Below are positions 1 to 10,030 of a stretch of 32,000 nucleotides of DNA, one piece after another. The DNA is taken from assembly GCF_900079115.1 (NCBI RefSeq), contig NZ_LT549890.1:630001-662000 (forward strand). Direction: 5' to 3'. This stretch comes from Saccharolobus solfataricus (GTDB taxonomy: Archaea; Thermoproteota; Thermoprotei_A; Sulfolobales; Sulfolobaceae). Below the pieces are notes generated by a model. The model was not told the DNA's origin, did not search any database, and saw nothing but the letters and a program-made list of their open reading frames with translations. The position numbers were made by a program, and so were the translations under genes. Position 1 is the first letter of the stretch, and every line of letters starts with the position of its first letter.

Positions 1-57
1 ATTTCTAAAAGTTGGAGAACCCTTGCCTGCCCTTTGCTGTAACAAATTCTTACCCAT
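1..57 (-). CDS. rpl2: 50S ribosomal protein uL2 (L2), first 19 codons only; the gene runs off the left edge
   Basis: The reverse complement of 1..57 reads ATG GGT AAG AAT TTG TTA CAG ... = MGKNLLQQRAGKGSPTFRN, a typical archaeal L2 N-terminus. It lies directly downstream of L23, as in the conserved L3-L4-L23-L2 order. Confidence 0.7.
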   Translation of the reverse strand, partial: MGKNLLQQRAGKGSPTFRN

Positions 58-68
58 TTTATATCACC

Positions 69-314
69 TCAAAATATGCCCAATTTATGGGCTATATCAC
101 TTGCCTTATATTCTGGTGCTAATTTTACATATGCCTTCTTGTAACCTTGAGGTGTTATAACTACGTTGACTTTTACCACCTTAACGTTAAATAATCTCTC
201 TACAGATTTCTTAATGTCGTCTTTAGTATCACTCTTATCTACTATTAATGTAAGCGTATTATAGGACTCAATAAGTTTTAATGCCTTCTCTGTAGCTAAA
301 GCCATTTGAATCAT
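69..314 (-). CDS. rpl23: 50S ribosomal protein uL23 (L23)
   Basis: 81-aa ORF with the L23 pattern ([30 protein letters not shown]). Positioned between L4 and L2. Confidence 0.9.
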   Translation of the reverse strand: MIQMALATEKALKLIESYNTLTLIVDKSDTKDDIKKSVERLFNVKVVKVNVVITPQGYKKAYVKLAPEYKASDIAHKLGIF

Positions 315-315
315 T

Positions 316-1119
316 CTAACTCACCACTCTCTTACTTAATCGTTCGTCTAAAATCTTTATACTACTTTCGGTATAAATAGTAAGTCTACCCGGATGAGCT
401 CCGGGAGCCAAATGAATAACGCTTACGTCTTTAGCATTAACTACATCAACTCCAGCTAAGTTTCTTGCAGCCTTAATTATTGGGGAATTGCTGTCATGTA
501 CAATTATTAACGGACCTATTGGTTCCTTATACTTTCTTCCCCTCATTTTGCCCTTTCCAGCCCTTATCCTAATCCTTTCTTTCACTCTCTCTACATCATC
601 GTAAACACCTATTTTCTTTAAAAACTCTTCCACCTCACTTGTGGTTTTTAGATTAACAATATCGTCAGTTACTACTATAGGGAAACGTACTGAATCTTTA
701 AATACATGTCCCCTAGCTCTGACGAAAGCTATGTCCGCTGTAGCGCTTAGTGCACTAATTACAGCTAATCGTTTCTCCTTAACGTTTGCCTCTTCTGCAA
801 GTTTTTTGTTTACTGAGGGGGGAAATGCTAATCTTCCGCCTACGGTATTAGGTGCTAAGGCAGCTTCACCAGAATTTTTAACTCTAGGAACTCTGGCCAT
901 ACCAAGATTTATTCCAAAACTCTCAGCTGATGTCCTTTTGCCTGCATTAGGATCTCTACCTTTTGGTTGTAGCGAATGTGTAAACTCAGCTATAAATACT
1001 CTTCTTATTAGGTCTTTTCTTACTGGAAACGAAAAAATAATGGGTAATTCAACCTCTTTTATTCTATTTCCATCTTTATCCAAAATATCAGACTTCTTCT
1101 TAACTAGCTCTAAATACAT
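316..1119 (-). CDS. rpl4: 50S ribosomal protein uL4 (L4/L1e)
   Basis: 267-aa ORF with archaeal L4 hallmarks ([19 protein letters not shown]..., GGRLAFPP). Operon position is between L3 and L23. Confidence 0.9.
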   Translation of the reverse strand: MYLELVKKKSDILDKDGNRIKEVELPIIFSFPVRKDLIRRVFIAEFTHSLQPKGRDPNAGKRTSAESFGINLGMARVPRVKNSGEAALAPNTVGGRLAFPPSVNKKLAEEANVKEKRLAVISALSATADIAFVRARGHVFKDSVRFPIVVTDDIVNLKTTSEVEEFLKKIGVYDDVERVKERIRIRAGKGKMRGRKYKEPIGPLIIVHDSNSPIIKAARNLAGVDVVNAKDVSVIHLAPGAHPGRLTIYTESSIKILDERLSKRVVS

Positions 1120-1125
1120 TCACTT

Positions 1126-2181
1126 TCACCCTTGTTGACTTAAAAGGTTAACATAAGTTATCTTAGGAGGATTTTCAAAAACATAAGAAGGCCTAACGGG
1201 TTCTCTTAAGAATATTGGCCTCTTCTTTGAACCTAATATTGAGCCTTCTAACAAAACATATGTGTTCCTTACTATTCCATATCTTACAAAACCACCTGCA
1301 GGATTTATCTCTTTAGGCTCATCACCAATTTTTATAATCCTCTTATTATATTCAGTTCTCCTATGAAAACCTAACTGTCCAGGCTGAGGCGTATAACTAG
1401 GTGTTCCTAAAGATGGACCTCTAGTACCTATTTTCCTACTTCCTTTTCTATGCTTATGCCACCTAGGTAATTCTACCACACTATATCTTTTTATCACACC
1501 AGCAAAACCCTTACCCTTAGTAACTCCTACCACATCTATTAGTTGACCCTCTTTGAAAACGTCTCTAATTGTGATTTCTTTTCCTAGAATGTTTAATGCA
1601 TAGTCCAATTGTGATTTCTTTTCTCCTCCACCTATCTGAATCTCTACTAAATCTGGCGCTTTTTTACCTAATGATGGTATCTTCCTAGGTTGAGTGGAGA
1701 CCAAAAGCCTAAAGTAGACTATTCTATCTAGGTTAGATTTGATAAGATCCAACTTAGTATTAAATCTTTCATCGAACTTCTTTTTACTTTCATCATCTTT
1801 CAAAAAAGATGAAATTGAATGAATTCTTCTCGTAATATCCAAGAACTGTAAAGAGGAGGAAGACCAATACTCTGTTATTACGTTTGGTTCGCCTTTACCG
1901 TCAATTGCATAAGCTCTTAACGCCAACGGTATAATTGGAGGTACTTCTAAGACTGTAACCGGCATATATATCTCTTTACCATTAGTAGGAGAGTTAGGCC
2001 AATCGTCAATCATAAAAACGTGTGTCATGCCAACCTTATATCCTACAAAGCCTAACAATTTTGGATTCTGTGAATTTATTTGAGGCCATGTTCTAGGTGT
2101 TGGTAATAACTCGGATGATCTTTTTCTAGGTCTAAGACCAGCTGACCCACGTCTAGGTGAGGCTAACTTTCGATGACCCAT
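1126..2181 (-). CDS. rpl3: 50S ribosomal protein uL3 (L3)
   Basis: 351-aa ORF starting MGHRKLASPRRGSAGLRPRKR, with GKGFAGVIKR and WHKHRKGSRKIGTRGP motifs typical of archaeal L3. Confidence 0.92.
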   Translation of the reverse strand: MGHRKLASPRRGSAGLRPRKRSSELLPTPRTWPQINSQNPKLLGFVGYKVGMTHVFMIDDWPNSPTNGKEIYMPVTVLEVPPIIPLALRAYAIDGKGEPNVITEYWSSSSLQFLDITRRIHSISSFLKDDESKKKFDERFNTKLDLIKSNLDRIVYFRLLVSTQPRKIPSLGKKAPDLVEIQIGGGEKKSQLDYALNILGKEITIRDVFKEGQLIDVVGVTKGKGFAGVIKRYSVVELPRWHKHRKGSRKIGTRGPSLGTPSYTPQPGQLGFHRRTEYNKRIIKIGDEPKEINPAGGFVRYGIVRNTYVLLEGSILGSKKRPIFLREPVRPSYVFENPPKITYVNLLSQQG

Positions 2182-2231
2182 TCTTAATCCCCACTAATTG
2201 CTATTTCACCTATCACTCAAGCATTATAAAT

Positions 2232-2981
2232 CTAACTTAACAGAAGGTTTAGAATAGACAGAGAATAAGCTAATGCCTCTTCCGCCCTAATATCTGAAAC
2301 TCCTTGTTTAATAACAAAGTTATACGACTTATCTAAGTATTGCTTACCTAATCTTTGTAATAGATTTCCAGTTGGTGGTCCAATCATCAAGGTAAGGCCA
2401 TATTTATTGTACAAATTGGTTAGCTGTTCCTTAGCTTGTAAGGGATTTTTCCCACTCCTACTAGCAATTATAAGATTATCAAAATTAAATACCTTTTTAA
2501 AGTCTATAAACTCATTTTTTACTCCAGTATAATAGAAACCACGATAGTCGATATAACCAGCTTTTAGTGAGTCAGTAATTAAAATAGTCTTCGATGATGA
2601 ATTTAATTTCTTGTTCAGACCAAAATCACCCTTATATCCTAATCTTATCTCACCTTCAACAGCTTGTTTAAAAATAAAGTGATACGGTATCCCTAGTGGA
2701 CTCATTAAACCAACTTTCTTCAAATTACGACTAATAGGAACGTATTTTTTAAGATACGGTGGTAAAAGAGCATATTTAGTAATATCTGTAATTATTTTTT
2801 CTAGTTTTCTAGAATTTAGGGAATCTGTTATCCAGTAAATTTTATTCACTCTAAATGTAGTTGTGACTCTAAGTATAAATGAAAGTTTTAACGTAACTTC
2901 AAGAAGAGAATTTTCAACATCAAATATAGATAAAAAAAGGACAACATTTAAAGGTTTGTAACGTGGAAAAGGAAACATCAT
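2232..2981 (-). CDS. SPOUT-superfamily putative RNA methyltransferase (COG2106/DUF171-like), the conserved neighbour of the archaeal L3 operon
   Basis: The C-terminal [17 protein letters not shown] resembles the SPOUT/DUF171 terminal motif, and the gene lies immediately upstream of rpl3. I prefer the ATG at 2981 ([10 protein letters not shown]...), which forms an ATGA overlap with the ileS stop (TGA 2980-2978). The ORF-track start at 3029 would overlap ileS by 52 nt. Confidence 0.5.
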   Translation of the reverse strand: MMFPFPRYKPLNVVLFLSIFDVENSLLEVTLKLSFILRVTTTFRVNKIYWITDSLNSRKLEKIITDITKYALLPPYLKKYVPISRNLKKVGLMSPLGIPYHFIFKQAVEGEIRLGYKGDFGLNKKLNSSSKTILITDSLKAGYIDYRGFYYTGVKNEFIDFKKVFNFDNLIIASRSGKNPLQAKEQLTNLYNKYGLTLMIGPPTGNLLQRLGKQYLDKSYNFVIKQGVSDIRAEEALAYSLSILNLLLS

Positions 2982-5900
2982 GTAGACTTCTTTATCCCTA
3001 TTATATAAGATTCCCCTTCTATATCCCAATCCATTGTAATATCTCCCTTAGCTTCACCTAGAATTATGTTACTAGCCCTTGTCTCACTCTTAATAAATTC
3101 CTCCCATTTCTGAATAGTTTTTACTCTTTCTTCTGGTACCTTCATGCTAATCTCAATATAATCTAAAACATTTAGTTTTAGTTGTTTCCTCATGAATTGT
3201 ATCCTCCTTATAATGTCCCTAATTAATCCCTCTTCCTCTTCACTCTCCGAAATTTCCTTACTTATAACCACAATACCCTTACTAAATTTAGATGAAATGA
3301 ATCCTTCAACTGTTTCTTCTGAGATAATCACATACGAAGCATTAAGTATTATATCAAAATTATCTATCTTAGCGACATGCTGCTTTTTATTAAGTATATC
3401 CATAGCTATTATATCTCTATTATTCTCAATATATTCTACTATTTTTGGCGACATACTCTTATATTCCTTCCCTATGATCGACCTATTCGGCTCGACCTTA
3501 TATTTACTGAAACTCTTAAATCCTTCTATTTTGCTTATTTCTATATCTTTAGCGTTTAGCATAGATATCAAGACATCTTTTATTCTACCAACCTTAGCCA
3601 ATGTATCCTCGTTTTCTATGAAGATATAAACTTTAGCCAATGGCCATCTTAATTTTATTCCAGCTTTAGCTCGAGCGTTCAACGAAGCCTCGTTTATTTC
3701 TCTAGCAACTTCAAAGGCTCTTTCCAATTCATTATCGATAAATCTCTCATCATAATTGATACTAGATTCCATTGAAACTGATTCTTTAGCATTAACTACA
3801 AAGGATTTATATATTTTTTCAGAAATAAATGGAATTATAGTAGAAGCTAATATAATCCATTGTTTTAATATATAATAAAGAATATAATACATTGCTATCT
3901 TATCTTGAGTATTAGCTTCTATCCACGCCCTTTTTCTTATTAGCCTTATGTAAAACCTACTGACATCCTCAATTAGAAAGTTTATCAAGTAATTAGTCAT
4001 TTCGTGAACCTTGTAATCCTTCATGGATTCATTTACTTTCTTTAGCATTGAGTTAAACCTTGATAATATCCATAAATCCTCTATCTTAGCATATTTTATA
4101 ATATCATCAAGAGTATACTTATCGGGTTCAAAGTTATCTAAATTCATATACATTGACGCGAAGACGAATGTGTTCCAAATTATTTGTAAATCCCTTTTAG
4201 TTAGCTCTAACGCTTTCCATGAAAATTTTGCATCTTCCCATGTAGTATTCCTAAGTAACCATAAACGTAATATGTCTCTCCCATATTTTTCAACTACTAC
4301 TGAAGGTTCAACATAATTACCTAGACTCTTATGCATTTCTCTACCTTGTTCGTCTAGCATAAATCCATGAACCAATACAGAAGTATATGGAGCTCTATCT
4401 AGTAATATTAGCCCAGATCTAAGCAAACTAAAGAACCAACCCCTCAACTGATCATGACCTTCTAGAACTAGATCTACTGGACCTAACTCCTTCCACTTCT
4501 CTTGCCAATCTTTACCTAAACTAGCAAAGAAAGCCACACCACTATCAAACCAAACATCTGCAACATCAGGGATTCTCTTAGCAACTCCACCACACTTGTT
4601 ACATTTTACCCTTACATTATCTATCCACGGTCTATGTAAGTCATTAGGGACTGGATCTATTGCTATACTCTCTAATTCTTCTTTACTCCCAACTACCATA
4701 ACATTATTACACCTTTCACAGATCCATATGGGAAGAGGAGTTCCCCAGAACCTTTGTCTACTTATAACCCAATCTCTGAGTTCCTTAACCATGTTAGATA
4801 TTCTGGATTTACCCCAATCTGGAATCCAGTTTACTTTCTCTATTTCATTGAGCATTTTATCTTTTATTTTTGTAACTCTTATGAACCATTGATCAATAGC
4901 TCTAAGTATTAGTGGAGTCTTACATCTCCAACATACCGGATAACGATGAACTATTTTCCCTTCAAAGAACAACGTATTTTTAGATTTCAAATCGCTAATT
5001 ATCGCCTTAGATGCGTCCCTAACTTTCAATCCTTTATATTTTCCACCTTCTTCAGTAAATTCTCCTCTATCGTTAACGAACATCACTACTGGAAAACCGT
5101 ATTTCTGACCTACCGTGAAATCCTCTTCTCCATGTCCAGTAGCACTATGAACTAGACCGGTACCATCAGTTAATGTGACTATATTACCAGCATCAACGAC
5201 TTGATGAAAGTCATCTAATTTAGTCTGGGCACTAACAAACTCTCTTAGGGGATGCTCGTACTTTATTCCTATTAACTCACTACCTTTATAGGTTCTGAGT
5301 ATCTTATAATTAGTTATACTTGCCTCTTTCATAACAGCTTCTACACGATCCTTTGCAATTACGAGTATCTCACCATTAACCTCTACATCAGCATAATCAT
5401 AGTCCTTATTTATCATTACAAAGACATTAGATGGTATAGTCCATGGTGTGGTAGTCCATATTAATAGATATCTGTTTTTCTCACCTTTGATTTTAAATTT
5501 GACATAAATGGAGGGATCCTCTAAGTCTCTATACTCAGACACCTCATAATCTGATAGAGTCGTTTCACATCTAGGACACCAATGCAATACTGCAGTGCCT
5601 TTATCTAGCATCCCTTTTTCATAAGCTTTCTTAATTACACTCCATGAAGAGCTTATATAAGAAGGGTCTAATGTATAGTAAGGCCTCTCCCAGTCCATAA
5701 AGACTCCAACGTTCTTGAAGTTCTGTGTCATTTTATCTGCATTGGATAATGCAAACTCTTTGCATTTATTAATGAAAGTTTCAACTCCGATTTTATCTAT
5801 AATCTCTTGCTTATTTGATATTCCAAGTAGTTTTTCAGTTGCAACTTCTATAGGTAATCCATGTGTATCATATCCTGGCTGGTCATGAACCCTTTTGCCC

Positions 5901-6139
5901 AGAACCCTCTGATAACGCAGTATGCAATCCTTTATCACCTTATTCCAAATCGTCCCTATATGAGGAGTAGGACTTGAAGGGTATGGAGGACCATCTATAA
6001 ATAGAAACTTTTCCCTTCTTTTGCTTACAATATCTTTTAGTTTATTGTAAATTTTATTCTCTTCCCAATACGAAATTATTTCTTCTTCAATCCTCTTAGG
6101 ATCATAATTACCAGTAAGGGGCTTGATAACGGCAGATAA
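2978..6139 (-). CDS. ileS: Isoleucyl-tRNA synthetase (class I; start codon non-canonical or uncertain)
   Basis: The ORF-track ORF (986 aa from GTG 5938) lacks the class I HIGH motif. The same frame stays open upstream to the TGA at 6148-6146 and encodes ...[71 protein letters not shown]..., which contains PHIG (HIGH). A KMSKS-like motif (HKSLGN), a CP1 editing domain and Zn-ribbon cysteines are present downstream. The end coordinate is set at the TTA codon 6 nt downstream of a GGTGA Shine-Dalgarno-like motif. Confidence 0.9.
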   Translation of the reverse strand, partial: LSAVIKPLTGNYDPKRIEEEIISYWEENKIYNKLKDIVSKRREKFLFIDGPPYPSSPTPHIGTIWNKVIKDCILRYQRVLGKRVHDQPGYDTHGLPIEVATEKLLGISNKQEIIDKIGVETFINKCKEFALSNADKMTQNFKNVGVFMDWERPYYTLDPSYISSSWSVIKKAYEKGMLDKGTAVLHWCPRCETTLSDYEVSEYRDLEDPSIYVKFKIKGEKNRYLLIWTTTPWTIPSNVFVMINKDYDYADVEVNGEILVIAKDRVEAVMKEASITNYKILRTYKGSELIGIKYEHPLREFVSAQTKLDDFHQVVDAGNIVTLTDGTGLVHSATGHGEEDFTVGQKYGFPVVMFVNDRGEFTEEGGKYKGLKVRDASKAIISDLKSKNTLFFEGKIVHRYPVCWRCKTPLILRAIDQWFIRVTKIKDKMLNEIEKVNWIPDWGKSRISNMVKELRDWVISRQRFWGTPLPIWICERCNNVMVVGSKEELESIAIDPVPNDLHRPWIDNVRVKCNKCGGVAKRIPDVADVWFDSGVAFFASLGKDWQEKWKELGPVDLVLEGHDQLRGWFFSLLRSGLILLDRAPYTSVLVHGFMLDEQGREMHKSLGNYVEPSVVVEKYGRDILRLWLLRNTTWEDAKFSWKALELTKRDLQIIWNTFVFASMYMNLDNFEPDKYTLDDIIKYAKIEDLWILSRFNSMLKKVNESMKDYKVHEMTNYLINFLIEDVSRFYIRLIRKRAWIEANTQDKIAMYYILYYILKQWIILASTIIPFISEKIYKSFVVNAKESVSMESSINYDERFIDNELERAFEVAREINEASLNARAKAGIKLRWPLAKVYIFIENEDTLAKVGRIKDVLISMLNAKDIEISKIEGFKSFSKYKVEPNRSIIGKEYKSMSPKIVEYIENNRDIIAMDILNKKQHVAKIDNFDIILNASYVIISEETVEGFISSKFSKGIVVISKEISESEEEEGLIRDIIRRIQFMRKQLKLNVLDYIEISMKVPEERVKTIQKWEEFIKSETRASNIILGEAKGDITMDWDIEGESYIIGIKKST

Positions 6140-6145
6140 TTCAAC

Positions 6146-6150
6146 TCACC
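6146..6150 (-). promoter_or_regulatory. Shine-Dalgarno-like GGTGA upstream of ileS
   Basis: The minus strand reads GGTGA-GTTGAA-TTA. The composition and 6-nt spacing match the EF-2 start in this window (GGTGA-TTTCAT-TTG). Confidence 0.45.
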
Positions 6151-6172
6151 ATACCCTATTAAACTTGACAAG

Positions 6173-6180
6173 TTTATAAA
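6173..6180 (-). promoter_or_regulatory. TATA box candidate for ileS (TTTATAAA)
   Basis: The minus strand reads AATTTTTATAAACT, centred about 26 nt upstream of position ~6150. This fits the Sulfolobus -26/-27 TATA geometry. Confidence 0.4.
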
Positions 6181-6226
6181 AATTAAACTTCGTTGTCAAT
6201 TAAACTTTACATTATATACGTTCACG

Positions 6227-7237
6227 TTACATATATTTATAAATTTCATCCACCATATCCTTTAACTTAGCACTACCACCAACATCCTCCGTTAACTTAT
6301 TCCCACTTTTGTAAGTCTCTATTATCGCATTCTCTAAAGACTTTGATGCCAGAATGTATTTATTCTCCTTAGATAACTCATACATTCTACTAAGCATCAT
6401 GGAAACAGATAATAGAAATGCCGTAGGATTAGCTATCCCTTTTCCCGCAATATCAAAAGCAGCTCCATGAACTGGCTCGAACATAGATTTCCTATCTCCA
6501 ATATTTGCAGATGGTGCTAGACCTAAACTTCCCGCTATTTGGCTGGCCTCATCGCTTAAAATATCACCATAAACGTTACTAGTTACTATTACATCAAACC
6601 GAGTTGGATCTCGTACTAAATTAGCTGCAGCTGCATCAACATACATCTCCTCAAAATTCACCTTACCTTTCAAAATTTCTCTGCAAACACTAGCGAAAAG
6701 TCCGTCTGTAACTCTCATAACATTAGCCTTATGGACGCATGTAACTTTACGACGTCTCATTAAAGCATAATTTAATGCCACGTTAACTATTCTTTTAGAG
6801 GCAAACTCAGTAGTTACTTTAATAGCTATTGTGACTCCAGTAGATGTAACGAATTCAAACCCCTTATATAGATCTTCTGTATTTTCCCTGACGATTACTA
6901 AATCAACGTTCGGATATTTCGACTGAACATTAGGCAGTGATTTAGCCGGTCTAATATTAGCGTACATATCATACATTTGCCTCAATTTAACTACAACATC
7001 CATTGCGGTCTCTCCAACCGGACCTTTTAGAATCATATCCGCCTTTTCTATAACGTCTAAGGTGTGTCTAGGTAAGGCTTCACCATATTTATTTAATGCG
7101 ACATCTCCAGCTTCAACTTCAATTAAGTCTATATCAAGATTATATTTCTCTATTAACTTAGCTATAATTCTTTTACTTCCCTCATATAACTCAGGGCCTA
7201 TTCCATCACCAGGAATTACAGCTACTCGAAAAGTCAT
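6227..7237 (-). CDS. leuB: 3-isopropylmalate dehydrogenase family (beta-decarboxylating dehydrogenase; LeuB or homoisocitrate DH type)
   Basis: 336 aa. Very close to my recollection of the Sulfolobus tokodaii LeuB sequence (VIPGDGIGPE, VRENTEDLYKG, CVHKANVMR.TDGLF, NVYGDILSDEASQIAGSLG, EPVHGAAFDIAGK). Confidence 0.88.
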   Translation of the reverse strand: MTFRVAVIPGDGIGPELYEGSKRIIAKLIEKYNLDIDLIEVEAGDVALNKYGEALPRHTLDVIEKADMILKGPVGETAMDVVVKLRQMYDMYANIRPAKSLPNVQSKYPNVDLVIVRENTEDLYKGFEFVTSTGVTIAIKVTTEFASKRIVNVALNYALMRRRKVTCVHKANVMRVTDGLFASVCREILKGKVNFEEMYVDAAAANLVRDPTRFDVIVTSNVYGDILSDEASQIAGSLGLAPSANIGDRKSMFEPVHGAAFDIAGKGIANPTAFLLSVSMMLSRMYELSKENKYILASKSLENAIIETYKSGNKLTEDVGGSAKLKDMVDEIYKYM

Positions 7238-7249
7238 ATGTAAAGAAAA

Positions 7250-7837
7250 CTAGTCTAGCTTAAAACCTTTTGATCTCATCTTATTTAATATCTCCTCTAA
7301 GAGACTAGAAGTATATTGAGATGTACGCTTTATAACACTCCACTCGTACTCTAGAATTCTAACAAGTTTTTCCAAATCTTCACCTTTGTATATATCTAAT
7401 CTAGTATAATTCACTAGAAAATCAACCGAAATGTAATCTCCCCTATTATATGCTCTAGTTAAGTTAGAATTTATTTCCAAATCTAGCGGATTTATGGTAA
7501 ATATTGACGGATCAGTACTAGAAGTTTTCATACACTCAGCGTAAATGACATTCAGATTCTTGAGAACTGGAACGTTATAATCACTATCTATACTAAAGGT
7601 TAGTTTATCTAGCATGGAAAGGATGAAAAACGTTGTATCTAAGGTTACATGTATAGAACATTTATTATTTTTTTCAAGATTAGAATAAGTTAGTGTGCTC
7701 TTGTATATTTTAGACCTAAGTTCATTTGCTTCAACTATTATGCCAAGTGGTTTTATTATAGGTTTTATCCCTGAAGTACCAACTAACACTTCGTATATTC
7801 CATCATGAGGAAAGAACATTTTTAAAAACTTCTTCAT
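7250..7837 (-). CDS. Hypothetical protein, possibly DUF447 (FMN-binding split-barrel-like) family
   Basis: 195-aa ORF. The N-terminal GIYEVLVGT...KPLGI pattern loosely resembles DUF447. No catalytic motif recognised. Confidence 0.3.
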   Translation of the reverse strand: MKKFLKMFFPHDGIYEVLVGTSGIKPIIKPLGIIVEANELRSKIYKSTLTYSNLEKNNKCSIHVTLDTTFFILSMLDKLTFSIDSDYNVPVLKNLNVIYAECMKTSSTDPSIFTINPLDLEINSNLTRAYNRGDYISVDFLVNYTRLDIYKGEDLEKLVRILEYEWSVIKRTSQYTSSLLEEILNKMRSKGFKLD

Positions 7838-7846
7838 AAATGACTT

Positions 7847-9313
7847 GTGCTATTGCATTATCTAAAAACCTTATCTAATTACGGTGAAATAATAACGGGA
7901 TCGAAGAATGAAACAAAATTAGTGAAAGAAATTAGAAAAATACTAGAAGATAATAGTGACGAAATTAGATTAATCCCAATTAGAGTGCTCAATTGGGAAC
8001 AGAAAGAACTAATATTTGAATGCGAGTCAAAATTGATAGATGCCATTTCGCTACCCTATTCTTTGTCTACCGAGATTGAAGCAGATGTAGTAGATAACTT
8101 TAAAGATTGTAATGGTAGAAATTTAATTAAAGTTAGAATCCAAAATCTCTATGAAATAAATAAATTGTATATAGAGGCAGTAGAGAATAATTGTTTAGGA
8201 ATTATCTTTTCACTAGACAATGAGAAAAGAAAATTCATGATAAAGTACGGAGATCTTCTAAGTCATAAACCCAGTTATCCACCACCAATACCAGCATTTT
8301 ATGTTAAAGAGAACGATTTTCCCTATATAAAGGGTAAGTGCAGAATCTCGCTGAAAACTGACTTAAACCCTTTTGCGACAGGTTATATCGTAGAAGCCAT
8401 AAGAAATTCTAGAAATGAAAATAAAATAATACATATTACTGCACATCACGATCATTGGTTTATAGGGGAGAGAGACAATCTTTTAGCAGTAGCTTTATTA
8501 AGACAATTTAGGTCTAATATCTATGAAACCCATTTAATCTCATTTACTGCAGAAGAATCCGGCTCTTTCAATTTCTCAACATTCTCATGGTCTCACGGTT
8601 CTAGAGAATTTTTGAAAAATTACAAAAACGTTGATGATATTCTGCTTAACATCAACATGGATAATATAAGTGAGGAAAGTTTAGTTTTAAAAACTGTACC
8701 TGGACTTCTAGAACTCTCTAGAAAATACTTTAAAAACGTTGTTGAAAGTCCAGAAATTTATAGCGATGGGTATTCATACATAAAAGCTGGAATTCCAAGC
8801 ATTACAATAGAGAGTTTAGGAAATATCCACTATCATGGGGAATACGATATTATAGAAACTGATAAACCAAATGTATTTTCAAATGTAACTACAATATTAG
8901 ATACAATTAATAAAATAATTAATGAAAATATAGAGTATAAAACACATGAAATGAGAGACCAACTTAAAAACAATCTTTGGGAATTACCAGCAGAACTAAA
9001 ATCATACTTAGTGAATGTGAAGGACATACTCGATAAAAATTATACGGAGGTGTATAGAAAAATAGTAAAATTATACGGAGGCATACTAGCGTTTAATCAA
9101 CCTTATTCTAAAGTTGAATTATTTCACAAAATTAAGGGACTAAATATAGCAAGAAAAAATGATGTTTGTATTGAGGATCTAGGATGTATTAAGAGACTAA
9201 GAAATGATGAAATATATAATAGGTTTTACTTATATTATATTAATGAATTAAAGGAATTAATAACTACAGAATATATTAATCAGCTTTATTTTATATTAAA
9301 GAAATTCTTCTAA
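7847..9313 (+). CDS. M28-family metallopeptidase (aminopeptidase-like, with N-terminal PA-like domain)
   Basis: 488 aa. Zn-ligand motifs ITAHHDHW and FTAEESGS, plus a later HYHGEYD, are typical of peptidase family M28. The start is GTG 7847 (or TTG 7853), with TTTTTAAAAA about 23 nt upstream, so the mRNA is probably leaderless. Confidence 0.6.
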   Translation: MLLHYLKTLSNYGEIITGSKNETKLVKEIRKILEDNSDEIRLIPIRVLNWEQKELIFECESKLIDAISLPYSLSTEIEADVVDNFKDCNGRNLIKVRIQNLYEINKLYIEAVENNCLGIIFSLDNEKRKFMIKYGDLLSHKPSYPPPIPAFYVKENDFPYIKGKCRISLKTDLNPFATGYIVEAIRNSRNENKIIHITAHHDHWFIGERDNLLAVALLRQFRSNIYETHLISFTAEESGSFNFSTFSWSHGSREFLKNYKNVDDILLNINMDNISEESLVLKTVPGLLELSRKYFKNVVESPEIYSDGYSYIKAGIPSITIESLGNIHYHGEYDIIETDKPNVFSNVTTILDTINKIINENIEYKTHEMRDQLKNNLWELPAELKSYLVNVKDILDKNYTEVYRKIVKLYGGILAFNQPYSKVELFHKIKGLNIARKNDVCIEDLGCIKRLRNDEIYNRFYLYYINELKELITTEYINQLYFILKKFF

Positions 9314-10024
9314 TTGCTTAAGACTGGATAACACGAAGTCTGCATAAAGTTCGGCGTCCTTCACTTTACCTTCTCTGTCTATTAGCACACTAATCATATT
9401 AGCCTTCTTAGCTGCTAAACAATCTTTTACTGGTTCATCTCCCACAAAAACACACGAACTAGGCTCCACTGAAAGCTTTTCGCATGATATTATAAACGGC
9501 TCTAGATTAGGCTTTGGTCTAATACCCCCCTCTCCAGCTATCAATATCAAATCGAATTTATCTATTAAAGGAAAAGTTCTTAATCTACTACTTTTATTCC
9601 CGCCTTCTCCATCACTATTTGTAACTAGACCAAGTTTATATCCCTTACTATCTAGATATTCTATTATTTCCTTTGCATCTTCATAAGGTTCAGTTTGACT
9701 TGCAATTGACCAATACAAACTAGTCCAATCATAGAGCTGAGACTTATCTATGTGAACGATGTTTAATGATTTTAGAATATTTTCCCACCATTTATTTCTA
9801 TTATACTCTCCTTGACTATCTAATTTCCGACTTTCCTCTTCTACTAATTTTCTAATTATATTTATGTTAATCTCTTGTTGATAATTTTCCTTTATGTAAG
9901 TATATATATCCTTACTTACTGCATCTAATGCCTCTTTCGCCTTAGAACTAAAGTCAACTAATGTATCATCAAAATCAAAAAGCACTGCCTTTACATTGTT
10001 AAATAATTTGTAATTAATTGACAA
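9296..10024 (-). CDS. HAD-superfamily hydrolase
   Basis: 242 aa with HAD motif I (LFDFDDTLVDF), motif II (LVTNSDG) and motif IV (VGDEPVKD). Confidence 0.8.
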   Translation of the reverse strand: MSINYKLFNNVKAVLFDFDDTLVDFSSKAKEALDAVSKDIYTYIKENYQQEININIIRKLVEEESRKLDSQGEYNRNKWWENILKSLNIVHIDKSQLYDWTSLYWSIASQTEPYEDAKEIIEYLDSKGYKLGLVTNSDGEGGNKSSRLRTFPLIDKFDLILIAGEGGIRPKPNLEPFIISCEKLSVEPSSCVFVGDEPVKDCLAAKKANMISVLIDREGKVKDAELYADFVLSSLKQLEEFL

Positions 10025-10030
10025 TTTGAC

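Noticed and set aside
641-1138. 165-aa plus-strand ORF antisense to rpl4
   Set aside because: It lies entirely inside a confidently identified ribosomal protein gene. Its low-complexity Ser/Leu/Thr-rich translation is typical of the mirror frame of an AT-rich coding region.
2982-3029. 16-codon N-terminal extension of the SPOUT gene ([16 protein letters not shown])
   Set aside because: It lies inside the ileS 3' end. The ATG at 2981 gives the classic ATGA coupling overlap.
3192-5155. Several plus-strand ORFs (3192-3629, 3377-3559, 4023-4316, 4596-4892, 4946-5155) antisense to ileS
   Set aside because: All are nested in IleRS. Their translations are Ile/Leu/Ser/Phe-rich with no motifs. They are shadow ORFs.
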